Part shown: piece by piece, positions 29,320 to 37,260 of the stretch
How the letters are laid out: each line of letters opens with the position of its first letter
How positions within the stretch are numbered: position 1 is the stretch's first letter
Assembly: GCA_040752125.1 (NCBI GenBank)
Contig: JBFMFK010000005.1
Coordinates: forward strand, 1-60,703
Length of the DNA: 60,703 nt
Direction of reading: 5' to 3'
From: Patescibacteria group bacterium
GTDB lineage: Bacteria; Patescibacteriota; Minisyncoccia; UBA9983
Position numbers and translations under genes: made by a program
Notes under the pieces: model-generated
Databases searched by the model: none
What the model saw: only the letters and a program-made list of their open reading frames with translations
Told to the model about the DNA's origin: nothing

Positions 29320-30087
29320 ATGAAAAAATTAATTGTCGCAAACTGGAAGATGAACCCTGCCTCGCTTAAAGAGGCAAAAGGGATTTTTAATGAAATTAAG
29401 AAAGTAGCGAGTAAATTAAAAAATGTGGAAACTGTTATCTGTCCGCCATTTGTGTATCTATCAGCTATCAGCTATCAGCTATCAGCTATCAAATTGGGTG
29501 CTCAAGATGTTTTTTGGGAGAATCCAGCAACTGGCGGAGGTGCTTATACTGGAGAAATTTCCCTAAAGATGTTGAAGAATTTTGGCGCAAGATATGTTAT
29601 CATAGGCCATTCTGAGAGAAGAGAAAATCTTCAAGAGACTGACGAGATGGTTAATAAAAAAGTTAAAAGTGCTTTGAAAGGTGGATTCAGGGTTATTTTT
29701 TGTATAGGCGAAAAAAAGAGAGATGACGAAAGTTATCTTTATTTTATAAGGGATGAAATTTTAAATGATCTAAAAGATATTAATCGTAAACTACTTAAGA
29801 ATCTAATCATTGCCTATGAACCCATTTGGGCCATTGGCAAGACAGGCAAAGCCGCCGATTCTCCAGAGAATGTTTTTCAGATGGGGATTTTTATTAGAAA
29901 AACCATTATGCACGTAGCAGGTGAAAAATTATCAAGAAATATCCCCATACTTTATGGAGGGTCGGTTGATTCAAAAAATTGCGCAGGTTTTTTCAAAGAA
30001 GGAAATATGCAAGGACTCTTAATAGGAGGCAAAAGTCTTATTCCCAAAGAGTTCAACAAGATCTTAAAAATTGCCAACAAAGCTTAA
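29320..30087 (+). CDS. tpiA: Triosephosphate isomerase
   Basis: MKKLIVANWKMN, IIGHSERR, AYEPIWAIGTGK-like and YGGSV motifs. The start is at ATG 29320; the tracked ORF starts at 29284. Confidence 0.9.
   Translation: MKKLIVANWKMNPASLKEAKGIFNEIKKVASKLKNVETVICPPFVYLSAISYQLSAIKLGAQDVFWENPATGGGAYTGEISLKMLKNFGARYVIIGHSERRENLQETDEMVNKKVKSALKGGFRVIFCIGEKKRDDESYLYFIRDEILNDLKDINRKLLKNLIIAYEPIWAIGKTGKAADSPENVFQMGIFIRKTIMHVAGEKLSRNIPILYGGSVDSKNCAGFFKEGNMQGLLIGGKSLIPKEFNKILKIANKA
29456..29491. repeat. Heptanucleotide tandem repeat (TCAGCTA x4 plus partial units) inside tpiA
   Basis: Four perfect copies at 29461-29488. Encodes ..LSAISYQLSAI.. Confidence 0.9.
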
Positions 30088-30096
30088 TGATGCTTA

Positions 30097-31179
30097 ATGA
30101 CCATCAGAGGAATAAAAAATTTGAATTTAAAAAATAAACTAGTGATCCTACGCGCTGATTTTAATGTTCTCATAAAAAATGGAAAAGTTGCTGATGATTT
30201 CAGGATTCAGCGAACAATGCCGACAATCAGGCTTTTAAGAAGAAAAGGAGCCAAAATAATAATCTTAAGTCATATCACCGAAGGACGAGCCGCTTCCTTG
30301 AGGCCAGTCGCAAAATACCTGAATAAATATTTTAAGACAAATTTTTATCCTTTGTCTTTTAACAAAAAAATATTTGAGAAAATTTCAGAAATGAAAAACG
30401 CCGATGTTATCTTGTTTGAGAACATAAGAAGATATAAAGCAGAAGAAAAAAATGATGAAAATTTTGCCAAGAAATTGGCAAGGATGGGAGATATTTATAT
30501 CAATGATGCCTTCAGCGTGTCTCATAGGAGTCACGCTTCGATTTCAGCGATTACTGGATATCTTCCTTCTTACGCTGGTTTGCTTTTTGAAGAAGAATAT
30601 AAAAATTTAAAGATAGCCTTTAATCCACCGCACCCCTTTCTCTTAATTCTCGGAGGAGTGAAGTTCAGGACAAAATTGGGGGTCTTAGAAAGATTTAATA
30701 AAATTGCAGACCACATTTTTATTGGTGGAGCACTGGCAAATAATTTTTTTTGGGCGAGAAAAATTGATGTTGGCGATTCAATTATTGATAAAAAAGTAGA
30801 TATAAAAAAATATTTAAGGAATCCAAAGATCGTCGTACCCTTAGATGTTAGAAGAAAGGGGAAAAAGATTCTAGATATTGGGCCATTGGCAGAAAAACAG
30901 GTTGGCTCTCTTATTAAAGAGGCAAGATTTATTTTATGGAACGGCCCAGTTGGCGATTATGAAGTAAAAGGTTTTGAGAAAGGTACCCTTAGTATTGCCA
31001 GACTTATTTCCAGATCAAAAACCAAATCAATTATTGGAGGCGGAGATACAGTGGCCGCAGTGGAAAAAATTGGTTTAAAAAAATTTTCTTTTGTTTCTAC
31101 AGCCGGTGGCGCCATGTTGGAATTTTTGGCCAAGGGCACCTTGCCAGGTATTGAAGCGCTAAAAAAATCTAAAAAATAA
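30097..31179 (+). CDS. pgk: Phosphoglycerate kinase
   Basis: LRADFNV, SH..R, NDAFSVSHR and GGGDT motifs. Confidence 0.9.
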   Translation: MTIRGIKNLNLKNKLVILRADFNVLIKNGKVADDFRIQRTMPTIRLLRRKGAKIIILSHITEGRAASLRPVAKYLNKYFKTNFYPLSFNKKIFEKISEMKNADVILFENIRRYKAEEKNDENFAKKLARMGDIYINDAFSVSHRSHASISAITGYLPSYAGLLFEEEYKNLKIAFNPPHPFLLILGGVKFRTKLGVLERFNKIADHIFIGGALANNFFWARKIDVGDSIIDKKVDIKKYLRNPKIVVPLDVRRKGKKILDIGPLAEKQVGSLIKEARFILWNGPVGDYEVKGFEKGTLSIARLISRSKTKSIIGGGDTVAAVEKIGLKKFSFVSTAGGAMLEFLAKGTLPGIEALKKSKK

Positions 31180-31181
31180 AA

Positions 31182-31781
31182 ATGGATATTTTAAATTGGC
31201 TTGCTTCTCTGATAATAAATATCATTTCCGGAGCTGGTTACTGGGGTATTATTTTTTTTATGACGTTGGAAAGCGCCTGCTTGCCGATCCCTTCAGAAAT
31301 TATAATGCCCTTTTCCGGCTATTTGGTTTTTCTTGGGAGATTTAATTTTTGGCTGGTGGTCTTAGTCGGTGCCCTTGGCAATTTAATCGGTTCTTTTATT
31401 GCTTATTTTTTAGGTTTTTTTGAATTCAGAAAAATACTTGAAAAATACGGCAAATACATTCTCATTTCCAAAAAAGATTTAGACAGAGCTGATAAATGGT
31501 TTGCCAAATACGGACCAGAGGCGGCTTTCTTCAGCCGGTTATTGCCAGTAGTCCGCACTTTTATTTCTCTACCTGCAGGAATCGCCAGAATGAATATTAA
31601 AAAATTTGTTTGCTACACTTTTGCCGGTTCGTTTTTATGGTCATTGTTTTTAACTTATGTTGGATTTAAACTGGGCGAAAATTGGCAAGTCATACAAACA
31701 TATTTTCACAAATTCAATATCGTCATTGTTATAATAATTGCTTTAGGAATTTTCTGGTTTATTAGAAAACACTTAAAATAA
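31182..31781 (+). CDS. DedA-family membrane protein
   Basis: LESACLPIPSEIIMPFSGY and FFSRLLPVVRTFISLPAG signatures (SNARE-associated/DedA). Confidence 0.8.
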   Translation: MDILNWLASLIINIISGAGYWGIIFFMTLESACLPIPSEIIMPFSGYLVFLGRFNFWLVVLVGALGNLIGSFIAYFLGFFEFRKILEKYGKYILISKKDLDRADKWFAKYGPEAAFFSRLLPVVRTFISLPAGIARMNIKKFVCYTFAGSFLWSLFLTYVGFKLGENWQVIQTYFHKFNIVIVIIIALGIFWFIRKHLK

Positions 31782-31868
31782 AAATGTGCAACATTCAATG
31801 CAAAAGAAATATTTGAAATAATTCCAGGCCATTTCAAGCAAAGTAAAGAAACTGCCGCAAAGAAGATA

Positions 31869-32010
31869 TTAAGTTCTGCCCCAAACTAAGTTTAGGTCAA
31901 AGAATTTAGGTGATTCTCCTGCTTTGTATGGCTGGCCGTGCCAGTGCTGATAGCCGTCATTGGAAAAGGGGGCACAATGTGGAACAGATTTATTTTATGG
32001 AATTATGGAA
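31869..32010 (-). pseudogene. Decayed partial duplicate of the adjacent HIT gene (3' portion)
   Basis: The minus strand reads ..FHIVP(frameshift)PFSNDGYQHWHGQPYKAGES..*. This is clearly homologous at both nucleotide and protein level to the C-terminus ..HFHIIPRFSYDGYRHWHGQPYKEGES of the intact gene at 32179-32586. Confidence 0.6.
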
Positions 32011-32178
32011 CGACCACTTGGGAGATAAAGAAATAAAATTTTCTTTTACTTATTAACATATCTATCTACAAGAGCAAAATCTTCAGGATATTCTTTATTT
32101 TTAATTCCTTTTTACTTTCCGTTTGTTTGCTTATCTTTTCTGTTTCGAAATTATTTTGTTGTTCGAATCTTTCGAATT

Positions 32179-32586
32179 TCATAAAAACTTTTTGATTTTT
32201 TTGGCTACTTGTTGGGATTCACCCTCTTTGTACGGCTGGCCGTGCCAATGGCGATAGCCGTCATAAGAAAACCTCGGTATTATATGAAAATGCGCATGGG
32301 CCACCAATTGACCAGCAGATTTCTCGTTGTTCATATGGATGTTGATTCCGCTTGCATCCACGGCATTTTTTGTAGCAATGGCCAACTTTTTTAAAATTGG
32401 CGCCAGATTTTTTAATTCAGAATCTGGCAGGTCATATAAATTTTTAAAATGTTTTTTAGGAACCAATAAAATATGGCCGGGATTGACAGGCGTAATATCC
32501 AAGAACGCCAGAGCATTTTTATCCTCGTAAACTTTATCCGCCGGAATCTCGCCTTTTATAATTTTGCAAAATATGCAATCAGACAT
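32179..32586 (-). CDS. HIT-family nucleotide hydrolase/transferase
   Basis: CIFCKI N-terminus and histidine triad HAHFHIIPR. Confidence 0.85.
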   Translation of the reverse strand: MSDCIFCKIIKGEIPADKVYEDKNALAFLDITPVNPGHILLVPKKHFKNLYDLPDSELKNLAPILKKLAIATKNAVDASGINIHMNNEKSAGQLVAHAHFHIIPRFSYDGYRHWHGQPYKEGESQQVAKKIKKFL

Positions 32587-32592
32587 AGATTA

Positions 32593-32841
32593 TTATTTAT
32601 AATGATTATTTACATCGATAATTTCAATCCAATCTTTCTCTCGAAAAATAAAAATCACCCGATATTTGCGATCAATTCTAAAACTCCAGATTCTCATCTG
32701 TTTTGGTTCAAGAAGTTCTGTCTCTAGGCTGGGATAAAAGGGATTTTTCTGGAAAATTTTTATTTGTTTCTGGAATTTTTTCTCCAGTTGATGTTTTCTG
32801 ATATATTCTTCGATGTCCGGATGAATAGGGAAAATTCTCAT
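32593..32841 (-). CDS. RelE/ParE-superfamily type II toxin (putative)
   Basis: 82 aa. ..WSFRIDRKYRVIFIFREKDWIEIIDVNNH.. resembles the RelE/ParE core. 4-nt overlap with the upstream small ORF. Confidence 0.6.
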   Translation of the reverse strand: MRIFPIHPDIEEYIRKHQLEKKFQKQIKIFQKNPFYPSLETELLEPKQMRIWSFRIDRKYRVIFIFREKDWIEIIDVNNHYK

Positions 32842-33062
32842 TTCTTAAAATAATTTGATCGGCTTAACCCCTTCTCTAAACTTTTGATAAAATTTTTATT
32901 ATAGCATTTTGTCTTCTGAAATGCCGAAATAACTTCTTTGACATTTTTTGTCGGAGGAGGAGAAAAGATGTCTTTTTGCATCAGTTGCTGGAGATATTCA
33001 TAACGGAGTTTCTTTTCCATCAGGTCGCGATATTCTTTTTTGGAAATAGTTATCGTACTCAT
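32838..33062 (-). CDS. Putative cognate antitoxin
   Basis: Small (74 aa from MSTITISKKEY) ORF overlapping the toxin start. Assigned from position only. Confidence 0.45.
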   Translation of the reverse strand: MSTITISKKEYRDLMEKKLRYEYLQQLMQKDIFSPPPTKNVKEVISAFQKTKCYNKNFIKSLEKGLSRSNYFKK

Positions 33063-33098
33063 ACCTAAATTATACGCGCGGATTCTCAATAATCAATC

Positions 33099-33127
33099 TT
33101 GACAGGATTTATAAAAAGGTGCATAAT
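33099..33127 (+). promoter_or_regulatory. Canonical sigma70-type promoter TTGACA-17 nt-CATAAT (with upstream TG)
   Basis: TTGACA at 33099-33104, 17-nt spacer, CATAAT at 33122-33127. Followed by a ~60-nt leader and the AAAGGAGGA Shine-Dalgarno of ORF 33193. Confidence 0.55.
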
Positions 33128-33192
33128 TTAAAACAGAATCTTTCAAAACCCCTTATTTTAAGGGAAAAAATCAAATAAAAGGAGGAACAGCC

Positions 33193-33699
33193 ATGCCAAA
33201 ACATGGAACTACCCAAGCAGTAGAAGGAAGTTATGTGGAGTTTCAGGTCGCAGTATTAAGGGCATTACCGCGTGATATTGACGCTGATACGCGGCTCGGA
33301 TGGACAAAAAACGGCGAATCGCTTTCCCGGATCTTAAGGGAAGCGCTTATGCCAAATGAGATTGAGGAAAACAAAATTCTTAAACTCATCTCGGCTGGCG
33401 ATGAGCTTGTCCTTGACGCCGTTGATGGGAAAGATATTATTCCCTGTTCCAAAGATATGTTTAAAGTCGGGATCGATTCTGATTTTGTTAATTGGAATGC
33501 GAACGAGCCCGGTCCGGTAACAAAGGAAACTCAGGTTGCCGTGTACGAAATGGTGGCTAGTGCCACCTATACGCAGATGTTCAGTTCAATTCGTGCGGAT
33601 TTGAACTCACTGTGCCTGACACAGGCACAAATAAAGAATTTCATTATCCGCCGGAATTTCTTTTTTTACGATTTTGCAGAAGATACAATCATTCATTAA
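33193..33699 (+). CDS. Hypothetical protein with atypical composition, possibly foreign
   Basis: 168-aa ORF, visibly higher in G+C than its neighbours, with a strong SD (AAAGGAGGA, 6 nt spacer). Its stop codon overlaps the stop of the convergent HEPN gene. No family recognised. Confidence 0.5.
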   Translation: MPKHGTTQAVEGSYVEFQVAVLRALPRDIDADTRLGWTKNGESLSRILREALMPNEIEENKILKLISAGDELVLDAVDGKDIIPCSKDMFKVGIDSDFVNWNANEPGPVTKETQVAVYEMVASATYTQMFSSIRADLNSLCLTQAQIKNFIIRRNFFFYDFAEDTIIH

Positions 33700-34076
33700 A
33701 TTTCTTGAGATATTGTATTTTTTAATTTTTTAAACAATCCCAAATAACTCTTTAAATGAGAATAAACTTTGTCTGCATACTCTTCTTTGTATAAATGAGT
33801 GGTAAGATTGCGGTCATCAATCATATTCAGCCATTCATCGTCATAGTCAATTAATTTTAATTGAAAAGCTGTTTTGAAACATATACGAGGTGAATTACAT
33901 TCAACCCCTTGTTTTTTAGCTTGTTCTTTGATTGTTTTCCACGCCAAATCAAAACAAATTTCAAATCTTTTAATGGCTGAATCTCTTGTGATATCGGTTT
34001 TTTCCAAATTTAAAACTTCTTCCAAGCGCTCAATCGCCTTTTTAAAATCATCTAGAATCGGAAGATTAGTTGACAT
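33696..34076 (-). CDS. HEPN-domain toxin (HI0074-type nucleotidyltransferase substrate-binding protein)
   Basis: ..RDSAIKRFEICFDLAWKTIK.. and an R-x4-H motif (DDRNLTTHLY). Overlaps the upstream MNT gene. Confidence 0.75.
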   Translation of the reverse strand: MSTNLPILDDFKKAIERLEEVLNLEKTDITRDSAIKRFEICFDLAWKTIKEQAKKQGVECNSPRICFKTAFQLKLIDYDDEWLNMIDDRNLTTHLYKEEYADKVYSHLKSYLGLFKKLKNTISQEI

Positions 34077-34374
34077 ATTCTATATTTTTTAAAGCTTCTT
34101 TTTTAAAACTTTCAGAAACTCTTTTGAAATCTATAATATCAAATTTATAAAGAGTCGGCAAACTATCTATTTTTTCTTCAATGCTTAATTTTGCTGCAAT
34201 TGGAATTTCTTGCTGTCCTTCAATACCGATGTCAATGTCGGCTCGTGGGAAATTGTCTCCTTTGACCCTTGAGCCGAAAAAGAACACTCTATATGAACGA
34301 GGATTCAAATATTCGCTGATAATCTCCATAATTTCTTTTTTTAATTTTTCCACCGGATAAAATTCAAGTTGCAT
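34066..34374 (-). CDS. Minimal nucleotidyltransferase (MNT, HI0073-type antitoxin)
   Basis: FFFGSRVKGDNFPRADIDIGI (GS-x10-D-x-D). The start is taken at MQLEFYP (34374). Confidence 0.75.
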   Translation of the reverse strand: MQLEFYPVEKLKKEIMEIISEYLNPRSYRVFFFGSRVKGDNFPRADIDIGIEGQQEIPIAAKLSIEEKIDSLPTLYKFDIIDFKRVSESFKKEALKNIEYVN

Positions 34375-34541
34375 CTTTTTATTATTATCTACCCACGTTT
34401 CTCCAGCAATCTTGACAAAAAATCTTATTTGTGTCGGACCCAATTAATCTGGGTGTCAACATGGCAGGTTGACATGGTAACTGGAGAAAATTAGTTCAGA
34501 AATTCAGAAAACTGGGATAGGATGTGTTATAATCAGTCTGT

Positions 34542-36233
34542 ATGAAGCAATGGGTTTTGAGAGAACAGGTTTCGCCTGATTTGGTCAGGCAGATTTTGTT
34601 TTATAGAGGCATCAAAACAGAAGAGGAGATAGAGAAATTTTTAAATCCGGATTATGAACGGGATTTGCACGATTCCCTTTTGATTTTAAATATGGATAAG
34701 GCGGTGGAGAGGATTTTGCAAGCAATTAAAAATAATGAACGAATAATCATTTTCGGAGACTATGATGCTGATGGAGTTTGTGCCAGCGTGATTTTTTATG
34801 ATTTTTTTAAAAAAATCGGATTTGAGAATTTTCATATCCATATTCCCGACAGACATCTTGGCGGTTATGGTCTTACAAAAGAAGCCATTGATGAATTTGT
34901 CGGACAAAAAGCCAATCTTATTATTACTCTTGATTGCGGAATTACTGATTACGAAGAGATAGAAAAAGCTAAATCAAAACGCATTGATGTAATTATTATT
35001 GATCATCATCTCGTGCCGGAAAAACCTCCCAATGCTTTAGCTATTATTGATTTAAAACAAAAAGGAGAAAATTACCCCTTTAAAGAATTTTGCGGAGCAG
35101 GGCTTACCTTTAAGACAATTAAAGCGCTTATTAAGAAAGGACAGTTTAAAATTGTGCCGGGATGGGAAAAATGGCTTTTGGATCTTGTAGCTATTGCCAC
35201 TGTTGCTGATATGGTCCCGATTCTTGAGGAAAACCGTACCCTTGTTTATTTTGGACTCCGGGTTTTTAAAAAAACCAAAAGACAGGGATTACTTTTGTTT
35301 TTTAGAAGATTTGAGATAAACCCTGCCAATATTACCGAAGATGATATCGCTTTTGTTATTGCTCCCCGAATTAATCTTGCCAGCAGAATGGGACATGCCA
35401 ATACCAGCTTCGATCTCTTAACAACAGAATCATTTAACGAGGCAACTTGGATTACTAGTCATTTAGAAATGCTTAATAATGAAAGAAAAAGTATTGTTGA
35501 AGAAATTTTAAAAGAAATTGAAGAAGAAATTAATTATTCTGGCATTGCTGAAATAATTGTCTATGGAAATATTAATTGGTCTCCAGGTGTTTTGAGTATT
35601 GGTGCCACTAGATTAGTAGAGAAATATCATTGTCCGGTTTTTTTGTGGGGCAAAGGAGAAGCGAAAGAAATTAAAGGTTCAGCTAGAAGTGATGGCTCAG
35701 TTAATTTAGTAGAACTAATGCAAAAAATGCCAAACGATTTTTTTATTGATGCCGGTGGTCATTTTATGGCCGCTGGTTTTTCTTTAAAGGAAGACAAGAT
35801 TGATGATTTTAAAAGAGAATTGTTGCTAGCTTTCAAAAAAGTTTCCAAACAAAAAGTTGAAAATGAAATCTTATATATTGACAAAGAAATTTCTCTGGAT
35901 GATATTGACTGGAGTCTTTATTCTCTCATAGAAAAACTTCAACCATTCGGAATCGGCAATCCCAAGCCCCTCTTTTTGCTCTCTAATTTAGAAATTGCCA
36001 ATATGCGAAAATTCGGCAATGGCGGAATTCATTTACAGTTAGATTTTAAAAAATCTTTACCAGTTGGCGGAGAAGAAATTATTTCTGCCATAAATTTTTT
36101 CTCAAACAACAATGATTATCGTTTGCAATCAGGACAAAAAATAGACATAGTAGCCTCTCTGGAGAAATCCTTCTTCCGCCCTATTCCAGAGTTGCGATTG
36201 CGAATAGTTGATATAAATCTCCGTACTAATTAG
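34542..36233 (+). CDS. recJ: Single-stranded-DNA-specific exonuclease RecJ
   Basis: DHH-family motifs DYDADGV, LDCG, IIIDHH. DHHA1 motif GGH..AAG. Confidence 0.85.
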   Translation: MKQWVLREQVSPDLVRQILFYRGIKTEEEIEKFLNPDYERDLHDSLLILNMDKAVERILQAIKNNERIIIFGDYDADGVCASVIFYDFFKKIGFENFHIHIPDRHLGGYGLTKEAIDEFVGQKANLIITLDCGITDYEEIEKAKSKRIDVIIIDHHLVPEKPPNALAIIDLKQKGENYPFKEFCGAGLTFKTIKALIKKGQFKIVPGWEKWLLDLVAIATVADMVPILEENRTLVYFGLRVFKKTKRQGLLLFFRRFEINPANITEDDIAFVIAPRINLASRMGHANTSFDLLTTESFNEATWITSHLEMLNNERKSIVEEILKEIEEEINYSGIAEIIVYGNINWSPGVLSIGATRLVEKYHCPVFLWGKGEAKEIKGSARSDGSVNLVELMQKMPNDFFIDAGGHFMAAGFSLKEDKIDDFKRELLLAFKKVSKQKVENEILYIDKEISLDDIDWSLYSLIEKLQPFGIGNPKPLFLLSNLEIANMRKFGNGGIHLQLDFKKSLPVGGEEIISAINFFSNNNDYRLQSGQKIDIVASLEKSFFRPIPELRLRIVDINLRTN

Positions 36234-36244
36234 AATTTAGAATA

Positions 36245-36691
36245 ATGAGAATAATGGAAAAAATAATAGTCTATACTGATGGTGGATCGCGCGAGAATCC
36301 GGGTCCAGCAGGAATTGGTGTTATCATTGCCGATGAAAAAGGACAGATTATTAAGAAATATTCACAGAGTATTGGCATTCGGACCAACAATGAAGCAGAA
36401 TACGAAGCAGTCATTTTTGCTCTTCAAAAAATCAGGCATCTTTTTGGCAAACAAAAAATAAAAGATTTAGATATTGAGATAAGAATGGATAGCGAATTAG
36501 TGGCGCGTCAATTGGGAGGCAAATATAAAATTATTGAAGAAAAACTTTTCCCACTTTTTATAAAAATCTGGAATCTTAAAATGAACTTCGGCAATATTTA
36601 TTTTCTGCAAATTCCTCGCGAGAAAAACAGAGAGGCAGATAGGTTAGCAAATGAAGCAATGGATAAAAAACGAACTAGAAAACTTTTTTAA
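36245..36691 (+). CDS. rnhA: Ribonuclease HI-type RNase H
   Basis: YTDGGSRENPGPAGIG, NNEAEYEA, and C-terminal ..EADRLAN catalytic DEDD-like pattern. Confidence 0.8.
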   Translation: MRIMEKIIVYTDGGSRENPGPAGIGVIIADEKGQIIKKYSQSIGIRTNNEAEYEAVIFALQKIRHLFGKQKIKDLDIEIRMDSELVARQLGGKYKIIEEKLFPLFIKIWNLKMNFGNIYFLQIPREKNREADRLANEAMDKKRTRKLF

Positions 36692-36780
36692 ATCCCCCTC
36701 TACAATTTTGTATTTGTATGAAGCAAAAAATCAGAGTTGGCAGGCAAGCAATTTTTAATTATTGACATTCTAAAATTTTT

Positions 36781-36927
36781 CTAAGGGATATTTTGGAAAG
36801 TGCTGGAAAAATTGAACAGTATACTAAAGGTAAAAGCAAAGAAGAATTTCTAGATAATTAAGAAAAACAAGATGCTATTATGAAAAGATTGGAAGTTATC
36901 GGCGAGGCGGTAAAAAATATTCCTTAG
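36781..36927 (+). pseudogene. Truncated DUF86-type HEPN toxin remnant
   Basis: Reads LRDILESAGKIEQYTKGKSKEEFLDN*EKQDAIMKRLEVIGEAVKNIP*. This is the typical DUF86 N-terminal half, with an in-frame TAA at 36859-36861. It ends before the R-x4-H motif. Confidence 0.6.
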
Positions 36928-36934
36928 AAAAATT

Positions 36935-37231
36935 TTAGGATCTTTTCTTTTCATAAATTATCTTTTCATCCTTCAGGATATAATCTTTTAAGAGCGGCTT
37001 TATGGCGGTATATTCTACAAGGTCCACTTTTTTACCAAGCTTATCTTCCAGTTCAAGTTTTAATCCCACAAAATCAAACAAACTCTTTCCTTTCTTAAGT
37101 TTGACTAATAAATCAATATCACTTCGTTTTTTCGTTTCGCCCCGCGCGCAAGAGCCAAAAAGAGCCGCTTTGGTCACCCCTTGGCGTTTTAAAACAGGAA
37201 CAATTTTCTTTTTTATGGCTTGGATTGTCAT
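36935..37231 (-). CDS. Minimal nucleotidyltransferase (MNT antitoxin-type)
   Basis: ALFGSCARGETKKRSDIDLLV motif, 98 aa. Confidence 0.8.
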   Translation of the reverse strand: MTIQAIKKKIVPVLKRQGVTKAALFGSCARGETKKRSDIDLLVKLKKGKSLFDFVGLKLELEDKLGKKVDLVEYTAIKPLLKDYILKDEKIIYEKKRS

Positions 37232-37260
37232 ATATGAGTTATGTTATCATAATTTTAATT

